DNA of 64,000 nt from the human T2T-CHM13v2.0 reference genome, Homo sapiens: NCBI RefSeq assembly GCF_009914755.1, contig NC_060939.1; one strand, given 5' to 3'. Made by a program: the position numbers and the translations under genes. Shown in pieces: positions 1 to 14,508 of the stretch; within the stretch, counting starts at the first letter, position 1, and each line of letters starts with the position of its first letter. A model generated the notes under the pieces. That model did no database searches, had not been told where the DNA came from, and worked only from the letters and a program-made list of their open reading frames with translations.

Positions 1-2160
1 CTTTGGATACTGTTATATATTTAGCCCAGTTTTCCAAATAACAAGTGCATGCTTTCTCTCTAGAAAGTGGAAGATGCACTATTGTACAAAGCAAAGATAG
101 CACAGGAGAACTGGGCACTGTAAGAATTGGAGGATAAAGGTTAAATCATTTCATTCAAATCTTTGAATTCTAATTCCATCAACTCAAAAGTTAAGAAGGG
201 CTTTAGCTTTCAAGGGTTATCACATGCATACATATTTGAATACAGGCACAAAAACTCATCATTTTTATTTGGATAACAAAGGGTCTCCAAATTATATTGA
301 AAAATAAATCCTAATTAATATCACTCTTGTAAAAAAAGTTTAGCACACTTTTCACAAATGATTTATGTAAAAGAGAAAATACACATAATTTTATAATATC
401 TTAAACTTTTATTCCCTACCATAGACATTTTGTCTTTTGTTTTCTTTCCGTTTTCTACAATTTCCAACTTGTACCTGTGTTTAATACTGCTTTAGTCTGC
501 TAAAGACATTAACTGATTGCTTTTCTAAATCTAAGGATTATATATTTTTAGTATAAATATATATCACATATTTTCGTAAAATTTTGACAAAACCGAATAA
601 GCATGCCTTGTTTTAAGTCCATGCTCCTTCCACTGTTTATAAAATCTGATTTAATGATCAAAAAATTCTTGGTTGTCACTCTTCTGTAACCACAATCTTC
701 CTTCTGAACTGCCACCCAGTTTTTACATAATAATAACAAGCAATAGAAAAACCAAAGAAATTATGTTAATCCTAGTTCTTCCTTTCGACACTATAAAATA
801 ATGTGAACTTTTTAAAAAATGAAACAAATACATCCAAAACTCAATACATTCAAATGAGCTGAGTTCCTTTAAGGTAGTTACCTTGGAAGGCCACAGTTCA
901 TTCTCCTAAGTATACTGCCACTGCTCAAAAAACCTTTAAAACTCTTTTGGGATTGCCTTCAAAGCCAGTTATATACTTTCTGCATTACCTCAAAGTTAGG
1001 TGGAAGTTTTGGAAACTTTCATTTGGTGCCAAGTAATGGTAACTAAAAATAATCAAGCTTCCTAATACTATATTTTTTAAAACAATGTATAATCATAAAG
1101 TTTAGTGTGTGTGACAAATTAACTTTGAATGCAATTCTAAAAGAGTAAACTCAGCAGGTTTTGGGCAATGGTAGATTGCTGGCATTAGGAAATAACCTTC
1201 CAGCATGATCACTATGCAGAGTAACATTCATTTAGCTGTCTATGTTCTGGCATATTCGTTTAAAGTGAACATTCTGAGAGTTAGTATTCTTTTGAAAAGG
1301 AATATCACTCTTTAAAAAAAAAGAATTTTATTCCTTTAAAGCATCACTGTCATAACTATGCACGTGTTTTGTTAGAAAGTAGTTCTCCTTACTCTATCAA
1401 TAAAGACTACTTTTAAAAACTTGAAAGCAAATAACCAACTTATTTGCCCCCAGGCTTTTTAAAATCATTAACTGAAGATAAAATAATTTGAAATTTCGAA
1501 GGTACTAAAAAACAAAACAACTCCAAATGTAATAAAAACACATCAAGAACCAAACTACAATTTCTGAGCTGCACTGTTTATTTTGCTGCTTGAAACCTAA
1601 GTGACAGTATGCCACTATAATTATGGGGTTTCGTCTAAACCTTTACTACACTGCAGGTACAGAAATATACGGACACATTTTTAGAGAATTGACATTTTGC
1701 AAAATGCAGCAAACATTTTAATTTATACATGAGAAAAGGAAGTGTTCAAAAGGGTATGCATTTCAAGTTATTGCAGGTTATTTGTGAGAGAATTTCTGCA
1801 GGTAAAACATGTTTAAATTTAACCAACAGTAGCGTGTCAGTGTATTTAAAATCATGACAAAAATCTTCTCTCTGGTCATGTTGCCCATGACAAATTACTA
1901 TGATGTTGTACGTTTAGGGCAAGATGTCAATACAGCATAAATCCCATGGTATTTTGGTTTTCTTCTGGAGATTAAAGCTGTTTTTCTTGGGATAAATGCA
2001 GCAGCAAAACACAAACCAGTTGATCAAAAAAGCACTTCTGCCATAACTCCAATAATTTTCAGGACACATCAACCGACAGTAGTTTTGCCATTCCCAGTTC
2101 TTTTAAGGATTACATCTCTGCACTGTTGCCTTAAGGACGTCTGTAAAAGCTTGTTCTCTG
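1..2160 (-). other. COPS2: COPS2 3'UTR (AU-rich, several poly(A) signals; may continue beyond the window)
   Basis: Downstream of the stop; no recognisable repeats; minus-strand AATAAA at 1577-1582, 408-413 and 264-269. Confidence 0.75.
1577..1582 (-). terminator. Candidate proximal poly(A) signal AATAAA of COPS2
   Basis: tttatt on +; followed on the minus strand by a GU/U-rich stretch (ttgtagtttggttcttgatgtgttttt). Confidence 0.65.
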
Positions 2161-2343
<183 letters not shown>

Positions 2344-2912
2344 TCATCAAGCACAGTTTCTGGATTAATGTTTCATAAAATACAGTATCAACAAATGCCA
2401 AAAAAAAAGCAGCTGCCTACATTAAATGAGTTCAGTGTTAGTTTTAACTTCACTGTGTTATTCAAACTCTAGATAGAAACCAGATTTCAGATACTTTTCA
2501 TCAGTTTCACTGAAAGACCCATAAGGCATAGATTTATCCGATTAATCAAAGGCAAGTATCACCTGTGAAGCTTTAAACAATGTACTGTTTTCAAGTAAGA
2601 TACAATTTCAAAAATGTTATGTACCACATACCCTATACTTAAAAACATACATAAATACTATTCATTAAATAATTCTTTGGCTGTATATAATAAGAAATCC
2701 TTCTGAAAAATCATTTAGAACTTTTTCTGAGATGTGTTTAATACGCTCATTCATCAAAAACCATCACACATACATATATATCTCTTCTAATAGAAAACCA
2801 TACCCAAGGGTGCTTTTTATGAATAATCAAGAATCCAATTGTTACCTTTGTCACTATTATTCAAAACTTACGGTACCAAATATTTTGTGATAAAAAATAG
2901 TAAAGTACTTAC

Positions 2913-2971
2913 TTATCCAATATGCACTGCACCAGCAAGCTCTCCACATCAGCTACATCTATGTTTAACTC
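2913..2971 (-). CDS. COPS2: COPS2 exon 12 ([20 protein letters not shown])
   Basis: tag| acceptor, AA|gtaagt donor, 59 nt. Confidence 0.97.
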
Positions 2972-3384
2972 CTAAGACAAAAGACTTGTTATATACCAAT
3001 TAACATTTTAAAGACTTCATAATTTTACACAATCATTCTAATTTTAATTCATTTCTATCACTTAAAGGAAAATTAGTGAAGAGAAGATTTTTAAACATAT
3101 TTCATTATCACTTCAAAATATATCCGAGAACACAGGTATGATAAAGACTTAAATTTTTAACTTCTGAAGCACATTCCTGCAACAATTTTATTGTGGTTGA
3201 AGTTAACCCTTCATCAATTACATATTTTAGCCACTACTTTCCCCTACAATTTTCTCTGAGGGTGAAAGAATCCTTAAAAAGAAATTTAGTGATTCCTAAT
3301 TTCTTTGTTACAATGTTAAGGCTCTTTTCTGTTAACTCAATTTATGCCAAGAAAACAGAAAAATTCACATTAAAAGTAAAGCCC

Positions 3385-3531
3385 AGTCCCAGCTACTCAG
3401 GAGGCTGAGGTAGGAGGACTGCCTGAGGTCAGGAGTTCAAGACTACAGTGTGCCACACTGTGCCTGTGAATAGCCACTGTACTCCAGCCTGGGCTATACA
3501 GCAAGACCCTGTCTCTTAAAAAAAAAAAAAA
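3385..3531 (+). mobile_element. FAM/7SL-derived Alu monomer, 5'-truncated
   Basis: cctgtgaatagccactg diagnostic; poly(A); perfect 16-bp TSD attaaaagtaaagccc (3369-3384 / 3534-3549). Confidence 0.85.
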
Positions 3532-3687
3532 TGATTAAAAGTAAAGCCCTTAAGTTATGTTTAATTTAAAAAATGTATTATTATAATAAAATGTTACCAA
3601 GTTAGAGTGACTCTTAAATGCAAGACTGGTATACTGCATTTATAACTATAAATTATAAACATCATTAAAATCTATGAATATAAGTAC

Positions 3688-3770
3688 CTTAGAAATAAAA
3701 GGAATATGTATTCTTGTGTAAGGCTTAATTAATTTTATAAGCACTTGTGTTCTGATGTTTCGCAAAAGCT
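3688..3770 (-). CDS. COPS2: COPS2 exon 11 ([10 protein letters not shown]...PFISK)
   Basis: cag| acceptor, AAG|gtactt donor, 83 nt. Confidence 0.97.
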
Positions 3771-4867
3771 CTGAAAGACAAAAAATTAAAATAACATTTT
3801 ATTTAACAGTTTGTATGATATCTTTATGGATCATTATGTACTCCTAATTATCTTCTCAAAATACATCTTCCTGCTTGGCAATGATATAAAGTGTTTAGAT
3901 TTTAAAATACCTGGGTCAATGGATGGACAGTATGATCAGCTGCTGCCTATCCCATAATTTCTTGTTCCCACCTCCTTGATTTTGTTGACATTGAGACTCT
4001 ACTAAAATATTATTTTGCCTTCTCAATATTACACTACTTATCATTTCCTCAACAGTTAATATCTTTAAAGAAGCTCTGATTTATACCAGCCAGCCAAGTT
4101 CCTTGTTTTAGACTCTCTCAAAACCTAGAGTACTATATTTTATATAATGCTTTTACAATTTCCTCCAGTTTTGTCTGTACAATAGTTCTTAAAATTTTTT
4201 AAAACCAGGTTGAAATTCATGTACAAAGATTCTACGTTTTTCTATATCTATAAACTGCAGTATCATTCCAGGTTCATGTAAGAACTTTTAAAATGTCTGT
4301 TGATTAAAAGAGAAAGAAAGATGGGGAACAGAACATTACTTCTGATGCATCTGAAATTTAGTTCCAAATGGTCATTTAAAAACCTTCAAATAGCTCCATA
4401 ATAGGTGGGAAAATCGGAGCTATAAAAGAAGTCCAAGAGCAAAGAGATGATTGTAGTCTTTGGTAATTCAATATAACTTGCTAAAAACCTCATTCACTTA
4501 CTGGTATGAAACCTTCACAGTGTTGCCTTATCTTTCATAGTACATATATCTTAGCATTATCTATAGCAGGATATTTTCATAACTTTTGTTATTTGTCAAA
4601 AATAAACCTTAAAAATTAACTTTGAACCTAAGCATCAATAATAAACATGCAACAGCATCTATATTAGATTTTTTTAAAAAGGGACAGTTACCTTAAACAA
4701 AATGGACATTATATATAAACTTGACTATAGTAATATGAAATTGGTCAATTTCTTTAAAAGAGCTTCATAATTTTAAGGAATATCCCATCCAATGACAGCA
4801 TTTAGAAACATATCTATACTTTGCAATAGACAGAAAGAAAACAGCTTAATGCCATGCAGCTTCATTA

Positions 4868-5050
<183 letters not shown>

Positions 5051-5761
5051 TTATGTCAAACATGAAGAAGTTATGTATTAAATCAGATAATCCAAAGACC
5101 CTGCTTCTCAACTTTCATATGCAAAAATCTAAATAATATTATACTTTCTGTCATGGAAATCACAGTTAAACAAGCACACATAACCTTCTGCCAAAAAAAA
5201 CATAAATTTCCTTTTCATGCTTTTGGTTTTTTAAAAGAAAGATTAAATAAATCTTCTTTTGGGGTTATATACTATATTTATACAAAGTTAATTAAAATCA
5301 CCTCAATATCTTACTTCTCTTAAAAGTTGGCAATAAAACATTTAACAACTATTTAATGTTTGATGTTTTCAAATGAAATTGTGTATTTAATTCCTAATTG
5401 TTCATAATGAAAGGAACCAGGCTTCATGTACACTACATGAAGGGGTGTAGCCTCGTCTTTCAAATGAGAAAGCATATCCTCTGTGTAGGTTATTCAGAAA
5501 ATGCAGCTTCTTAATTTTTATCTTCTAGAAAGCTACCAGCAACTGTGAAAATTTTCAAAAGGAACATTTCTCAATCCCCTGTTGCAGAAGGCCAAAGACT
5601 GATTTATATTCATAATTCTCTGAGGTATCTAGTATCTCCTCTTGAAATAATTCTGTAAAGCTCTATGGGAATTGCTAAAGGTGCTGAGAAGGAAGAATCC
5701 AACCTTGTGGATATGGCACCATTGTCTGCTTTATACGTAAGACATTATCATCAGCTATACT

Positions 5762-5779
5762 GCACGCCCTCTGCTAGTG
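5762..5779 (-). promoter_or_regulatory. Candidate CTCF site
   Basis: Reverse complement CACTAGCAGAGGGCGTGC resembles the CTCF core. Confidence 0.45.
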
Positions 5780-7089
5780 CTTCCATCTGTTGGGTCCCAA
5801 TGTAACCTCATATTAGGGGCACGTGATTCAAGTGCTTTGACAGGAATTATTTTCCTCTAGTCTCCTGGCAACTGACTAGGAAGACAAAATTAGGAAGCAT
5901 TACTTTCTTACCTACCCCAAATACACTGCTGTAATATACTATAGGAGGACATATTCAAGCATTGAAAACACTTGCACAAACATTTGTTTTATATTTGTGT
6001 ACATACATATTTTAACCGTAAGACATTCTTCCATTTCTTAAGTGGGGTTTCAAAAAAGACATCTTATACAAAATTGTGGGACACCATGCATCACATCATG
6101 TGGGTCAAAATTTACCATTAAAATAAGTTTTGAGTTCTAATACAGTGGCTTTGCTGGAGTAGTTGGATATAATAAATTTATAAATGTCATTATATATTCT
6201 GATATAGGTCAGATAAAGGTCTGACAAATCAGTCCTTTAACCAATTTTAATGTACTTAGCCAATTTAATTTATACAAAATATCAATGTCTAGGGTAAAGC
6301 TTTTCCTCAATATTTCTTAGAGTTTTAAAAGTGTAAACTGCTGCTTAGCAATTTAACATTATAAACAACTTTGGTTCTTGGTTAATGTGACCAAATGTGA
6401 ATGAAATAAACTATCTGAAATAAAGATGACGTTTCCTTTAATAATGAAAAGCAACCTAATTCAACAAATAAATTAAAATAAAGTAAACAATAAAGAAACT
6501 GATTTAATGTGGTAACTTAAGGTTTTTAATTCCAAACTGTTCTTAGTCCCCCTAAAAAAAAACGCTTTTTTTTTTACAGCCAAAATTAAGGTTTCTTTAA
6601 AAAAAGTTAAATGAGGACATTTTACACAGGAACTTTAATATCATGAAATAAGCTATCTTCTCCAAGTATACACAATTTATATGTAGGTGACCCATAATGT
6701 ACAGTCTAATAGTGTTTTCTGTTAAATGAAAAAGTACTATAAATAGAACTTCTGGTCACCTAAATTATTTACATATATCTGCAAAAAAAAAAAAAAAAAA
6801 AAAAGCCCTGCTTCATGTCCCTAACTACATTTTTCCAGCTGTGGTAAAACTCAGCTGTACAACTTAAAATAAAAGACTTGAAGAAATTTAGTAAATTTCT
6901 TATACTTTTTTAATGAATAAAACCCACAAAAACCCTGGGTTCCATTTATTCTATGCCTGGAGGAAAGTTTCTCTTACTCACTAATTCCTTTTGCAAAAAT
7001 GGGCCTTTTCTTCTAGGTTTTTTGTTTGGTCTTATCTTCCATAATTTTGTCGAATATTAATTGACTATGGTAGGTTCTTCAGTGGTTAA

Positions 7090-7498
<409 letters not shown>

Positions 7499-7972
7499 TA
7501 TCCATTGTAAACATTTTTAAAAATACTTTCATCTTGTCATTGAGAAAATATATGAGTAAAAAAATATGCTTATGCTGTCTTGTCTTACTGAAAATTCTTG
7601 ACTCATCTTGGACTAGTTCGTAATTTCATTCTGGATTAAGAGAGGTATAGGCAGTATCATTGTGAAATAATGTTTTAAGACATCCACAATCAGTTTTCCA
7701 CTGAAAGACACAGGTGCATTCGTGCGTGCGCAGACAGACAGACACACACACATGGATAATAGGAAAACTAAGTAGTAGATACTTTATAAAATCTTGTGGC
7801 TACAGAAAATAGCGTAATAAATAACCTCAGAAGATAAAAATTCTACAAACTTTTCTAAGAAAATACAAAAGGGCAAATGTTGAATATTAACTGAGTTCTG
7901 AAAAGTTTTCTCACTCTTTCCTTTATGAACTGCTTTAAGGAAATTTACCTTAACTGAAATACAAAATCTTAC

Positions 7973-8025
7973 CTTACTAAATTCGTCATTGCTAAAATTT
8001 CTGGATCATTTTTGTACGGCTTGGC
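7973..8025 (-). CDS. COPS2: COPS2 exon 9 (AKPYKNDPEILAMTNLVS)
   Basis: tag| acceptor, AG|gtaaga donor, 53 nt. Confidence 0.97.
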
Positions 8026-8131
8026 CTAAACACAGTAAAGAAAAAAATTAAATATATGTACAAAAAAACAACATTTTAAAAAAAGAAATAACATTTATTT
8101 CCAGATAGCTGATAAGAGAAATTAACAATTA

Positions 8132-8386
<255 letters not shown>

Positions 8387-8500
8387 TCATAAATGCCAAA
8401 TGAAAACTATTTCAGTGCCTTTCAGTTTTTAAATTCTGTAACTTGAATACTACTGGCCCCAAGGTATACACTGAAGTTCTAAAAAGCAAGAGTTTAATTA

Positions 8501-8728
<228 letters not shown>

Positions 8729-8962
8729 CTAGGAAAGCAAATATTTAACTTTAGACAAGATAGAATTCAGACAGTAATTCTTATTTGCATTAGCCTGGAA
8801 ATCTTACATTTATAATACTATTTCCATGTGAAAACACAACACAAATTTTAATTGGGAGCTACAGTACTAAGAATACCACTTGTAATGGCCAAAAAGAAAC
8901 TAATACATCCTTTCTACTTTTTAGTTATGAGATAAGGAAAAAGTAGCCAAAGGTTTTTTTTA

Positions 8963-9444
8963 TAGTAGTCCTTCCTTATCCACAGGGAATATATTCCAAG
9001 ACGTCCAGTGGATGCCTGAAACTATGTATAGTAGTATGTTTTTTCCTATATAGTAAGTCCTCGTTTAACACTGTCGATAGGTTCTTGGAAACCATGACCT
9101 TAAGCAAAACAATGTACAATGAAATCATTTTTTCCCCTCATCAATGTAGTGTTGAACAAAACAACATTAAATCACAGTTTCTAAGAACCTATTAACAACG
9201 TTAAGTGAAAACTTACTATACAGACATACCTATGATTAAGTTTAATTTATAAATCAGGTACAGTGAGACATTAACAATAACTGATCATAAAATAGAACAC
9301 ATAACAATATACTGTAATAAAAGTTATGTGAATGTGATCTCTCTCTCTCAAAATATCTTATTTTCAGACCACAGGAAATAAGCTGACCACAGGAAACTGA
9401 AATTGAAGAAAGCAATCTGTGGATAAGGGTTGGGAGGACTGCTG
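8963..9444. mobile_element. Tigger-type MITE (MER44-like) with a nested second MITE
   Basis: TIRs tagtagtcc..ttatccacag / ctgtggataaggg..ggactgctg, TA flanks; homologous to the copy at 63590-64000. Confidence 0.75.
9051..9218. mobile_element. Short Tigger-family MITE (MER6-like) inserted at TA
   Basis: ~43-bp imperfect TIRs (tagtaagtcctcgtttaac... / ...gttaagtgaaaacttacta), TA duplication at 9049-9050 and 9219-9220. Confidence 0.75.
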
Positions 9445-10555
9445 TACGTATGAAATGTTTTAATGTTTATGTTTTTATCTAGGAGATTTATTATTGTCTT
9501 CCCAAAATCTTCACAACTGCTTTAGAACCACTTATTCAATTAAAAAGCCCTTCCTAAGTCCCTTCCACATGCCAGGCACTGGGTCTGTCATGGGGAAATA
9601 CAAAGTTAAAAAAGCCAAGGTTCCCGGTCTCAAAAAGTTCACACTCTAGTAGAAGATTAATCTGTCAGTAGATAAATTACAATGTAAGTGACAATGACTA
9701 GGTGAAGCATAAACCAAGTGCCTAGGAGAATGAAATAGGGACTAACCTTCCTGGAGGACGTCACAGGAATCACAAAAAAGTGCTGACATTTGAGCATGAC
9801 TTTAAAGTTGACCAACAGCCCATGAAATGTGGGCCATGAAAAATAGCAATATGATCAACAGGAAGATATTCATAAATATCTCACACTGACATACACTAAG
9901 CCAAAATTTATTGGGTCTTCAAACTTAAAATTCTGTTTAATTATTCACTAATGAATCATAACCAGAGTAAAACATACAATATACAAAACAATTTATACAT
10001 CTAGAGTATCCTGCATCTTTCCCTGAACATACTTCCATCAAAGTACTAAGTAATATAATGCTATTTACCATCCTGATAGCATTTTTATGTTCTTAAAGCA
10101 AAACTTCTTCAAAGGGTTTTCTCAAATTCCTTATATACATACTGAAAGACCCTCCACCATTCAGAGATGGCTGTTCCAGCATTTCCATTTCATAGGGAAC
10201 TGAACCTCCAGTTGGTTATGCATCAGACTAAAGCATCTTAACAATGTGTAGATAAGAAATAATTCCTAAGTGACTAATCTGCTTTACAAAACAAAACTAT
10301 TGAATATCTGCAGGTGATTCATTTAGAACAGTTTCTTAATCGTTTCTCCCATTCACAGAAATGACACATATATCATTAAAATAATACTACATGGTGGCAA
10401 GCGTGGGGAGGGGTTGAAAAAAAGTAGTACGTGGCATTGGAAGAGTTTAAAAATATTTAAAGCAGTATTTCCACATTCAATTTAAACTAGTATTAAATGA
10501 TGTATTTGGTTAAGACAAAAAAGGGAATATAAAATGAAAGCCTGGTTAAAAAGTT

Positions 10556-10752
10556 ATAGAGCCATTCTGTCCTGACCATATGGCTTTTCAAATTTAAAGT
10601 AATTAATTACAGAAAATAAAGAACTCAGTACCTCTGTCACAATAGCCATACTTCAAATGCTTGATAGCTACACATAGCTGGTGCTACCATATTTGATAAC
10701 AGATATAGAACATTCCCAGTATCACTTGAAGTTCTGTTGGACAGTGCTGCTA
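10556..10752. mobile_element. MER3-like hAT-Charlie DNA transposon
   Basis: tagccatacttcaaatgct...gatatagaacattccca...ttctgttggacagtgctg resembles MER3. Confidence 0.65.
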
Positions 10753-10899
10753 GGATTCATATAAATTGGAATATAAAAATATCTTTATTACACGTTTGTA
10801 ATATCCTGGCTCTGTTTTCACAGGGTATATAACTACATATCAATATAATAGTAAGTATTACAATAGGCCTGTTTGTTTATTGATACTGGTACCTCATTA

Positions 10900-11238
<339 letters not shown>

Positions 11239-11327
11239 CTAAATTTTATTTTTCAGATAATGCTTAAACTAAAACATCCCTAAACAATATTTTGAATATA
11301 ATTATTGCTTATACTTTTTTTTTATTA

Positions 11328-11474
<147 letters not shown>

Positions 11475-11561
11475 TCAACAGAAGATGTGCATCTTTAGGA
11501 GACTTTATTAAAAACACCCACCCACTTTTCAAAAGAAAAGTGTAAGTATTATAACGGTTAC

Positions 11562-11651
11562 CTTTGTGTTTGTCTTAAACCACAGTCTATCATTCTTAGC
11601 ATCTTTCAAAGCTTCCAGTGTTGTTTCATAGAATTCCTGCAGTAAATCCAT
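11562..11651 (-). CDS. COPS2: COPS2 exon 5 (MDLLQEFY...KTNTK); alternative acceptor extends it to 11672 (+NSDFLCQ)
   Basis: cag|ATG acceptor, AAG|gtaacc donor, 90 nt; a second tag| lies 21 nt upstream in frame. Confidence 0.97.
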
Positions 11652-11975
11652 CTGACATAAAAAATCAGAATTCTATAATTGTAAACAGCAAATTTGTACC
11701 TGTTAATAAAGTTAATTTGAACAAACTAAAAGTGCATCTTTGAACTTTAATACACATAAGATACACTATCTGTATCTTACTGTCTTCTACAGTCCAAAAA
11801 ATTAACAAACTGAAGCAAAATACAGACCAAATTTACAAGTACCATGATGCGTTGTTTTATAGAACCCAGAAAATATTTCCCCATATAAACATAGTGCTGT
11901 AAGTTCTCATGCTGTAATAGTACACGTTTGTCCTTCCCAATCTAATAATACATTCTGTATTTTATTTTACTTTTT

Positions 11976-12077
11976 AAAAAGCTATTCAAGTGAAGCAGTG
12001 GGAGTGGAGAAGGAACAAAGTAATCTGTAACTGGTTGTGCTCAATTAGCTGTAAATACCACTCCACTCACATCAGCC
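11976..12077 (-). pseudogene. Y3 RNA (RNY3) retropseudogene in COPS2 intron 4
   Basis: Reverse complement GGCTGATGTGAGTGGAGTGGTATTTACAGCTAATTGAGCACAACCAGTTACAGATTACTTTGTTCCTTCTCCACTCCCACTGCTTCACTTGAATAGCTTTTT resembles hY3 over its full length; A-rich tail at 11958-11975. Confidence 0.9.
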
Positions 12078-13657
12078 ACTCATTTCATATTAACAGCAGT
12101 AAATGAAATGTACATAGAACTAGTTGTATTATTACTAACAGTGTATATCTTATTCACTCAACTCTTATTTGGAGCCTACAATGTGGCAAACACTAAGCAT
12201 GCTGGTGAAGAAACAAAGAATAAGCTCCTTCCCTCAAAATTCTTCTATAAATATGACTAAGTAACTCAACTGCATAGCTTTTAAGTCACTGGTAAACCAT
12301 GGAGGTGGGTGGAGAGAAAAGTCTAGTATAATTTTAGCTATGTCTAATCACCACCAAATCACCAATCTGTGTGGCATTTTTTCACGGAAATCATTATTTG
12401 TTTTACATCTTGTTAAGTTCCCCTGCCCACCCTCTTCCCCCCGCTTCTGGCTTTGCCTTTGTTTGAATATCTAATTCTCTGCTTAACAGGATCAAGAAGA
12501 GGACTGTAAGAGCAGGAAAATTTCACATTTTCAGAAAACACTCTCTATTTATGCATGACTGCTGATGGCATATTGAATAGAACAGAGTACCACCCACCCA
12601 ATATCTGTTGTTACTTTCAAAAGACAAAAACCTTACATATAACCACACACAGAGCATGCAGTCCTGAAGTTTCAAAATCACTCGATTCCCTCTCCCTGCT
12701 CCAATTACTGGCATAATATTTATAAACAGTATACAAAATATGTTTTGATGACACTTGTTTTTAAGAGTTGGAAAACATTTTCCCACTTTAGGAAAGCTCC
12801 ATGATATATAGCTTAACTCTAGAATTAGTGTCATTAAGTGTTAATATTCTAACAAAACATGTAAGTTTACCTTCCTCTATTGGCATTACATAAAATTTAA
12901 ATGTAAAGAGTACAAACTGCCTGAAAAAAATGACATCTAGTAGAAAAGACATTAAATGAGGCTGATTCTGATCTGAACATTCTTTGATTACGAGTACAAA
13001 AAGTATCAAATATTCTAAGAAATACTAAATGACATAGAGACTATATCTTGTACTCAAGTATCACAGAGTAAGAGGACGAAAAACTAAAACTGAGGACTAT
13101 ACTGCTTACAAGGATAAGGACAAATGATCCAATTAAAAATTATCTTAGCAAAAATATATATAAAATAATCATTGGTTTTCTTAATAACCAAAATCTAGAC
13201 TCATAATGAAAGCACTATCACTCCCAATACCTTCTTTAGTTTCTTTCATCAGTAGCTCTTCTTTCATTATCCACCCATCCTTTGCAGAAGCATTTACTGA
13301 GCACCTGTTGAGTAATGCCAAACACTAACTGATAAGAGCACAGGCACTTCTCAAAGATTTTAATATAACCAAATCCACACAAATAACCTGTGATTCAGTG
13401 TATTTAACACCTCAGAATGGCTAGCTAAAGTGTTAATGTAGTTTATTAGAAGGACCTGTGGTAGCAACTGTATAGGAGTCTAACATAAGCCTGAAAAGTT
13501 GTTTACAGATTTTAGCATCTGAAGGCATTATTTAAAGAGATCAAGCTGGAGTTATTACCTTTTACTATTATATAATCAGTAATATAACCAGGAAAATAGT
13601 ACTTATCATTTTTAAAGCATACTAATAACTAGCACAACTACTTAAATAGAAGCTCTA

Positions 13658-13888
<231 letters not shown>

Positions 13889-14204
13889 TTATCAGATGCA
13901 AATTTAGGTACTAAAATATGTACACATGATTAAGGTTATAGAATACACTACTACATAATGAAATGTAGTTCATATAGTTCCTGATATAGTTTTGTAAAAG
14001 AGGAACTATGTATGACAGGAACATTGTAATTACCTTAAATTTGAAATGACTAGATTACTCAAACCAAATGTATAAAGTTAGCTTATGAAACAAGTACAAC
14101 TGCTAAATTTTCCAAATTTCAGAAATTGTCATTGCACAACATATTTAAATCATAAAACCTACTACAATATTCATAAGCCAAAACATACAAATAAAATCCA
14201 AGTA

Positions 14205-14508
14205 TTTTCTTTTTTTTTGAGACAGAGTTTCACTCTTGTTGCCCAGGCTGGAGTGCATGGCGCGATCTTGACTCACCGCAACCTCCGCCTCCCAGGTTCA
14301 AGCGATTCTCCTGCCTCAGCCCTCCAAGTAGCTGGGATTACAGGCATGTGCCACCACACCGGGCTAATTTTGTATTTTTTTTTTTTTTAGTAGGGACAGG
14401 GTTTCTCCATGTTGGTCAGGCTGGTCTTGAACTCCCGATCTCAGGTGATCTGCCCGCCTTGGCCTCCCAAAGTGCTGGAATTACAGGTGTGAGCCACTGC
14501 ACTCGGCC
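14205..14508 (-). mobile_element. Alu (AluS)
   Basis: Full dimer, TSD aaaatccaag. Confidence 0.92.
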
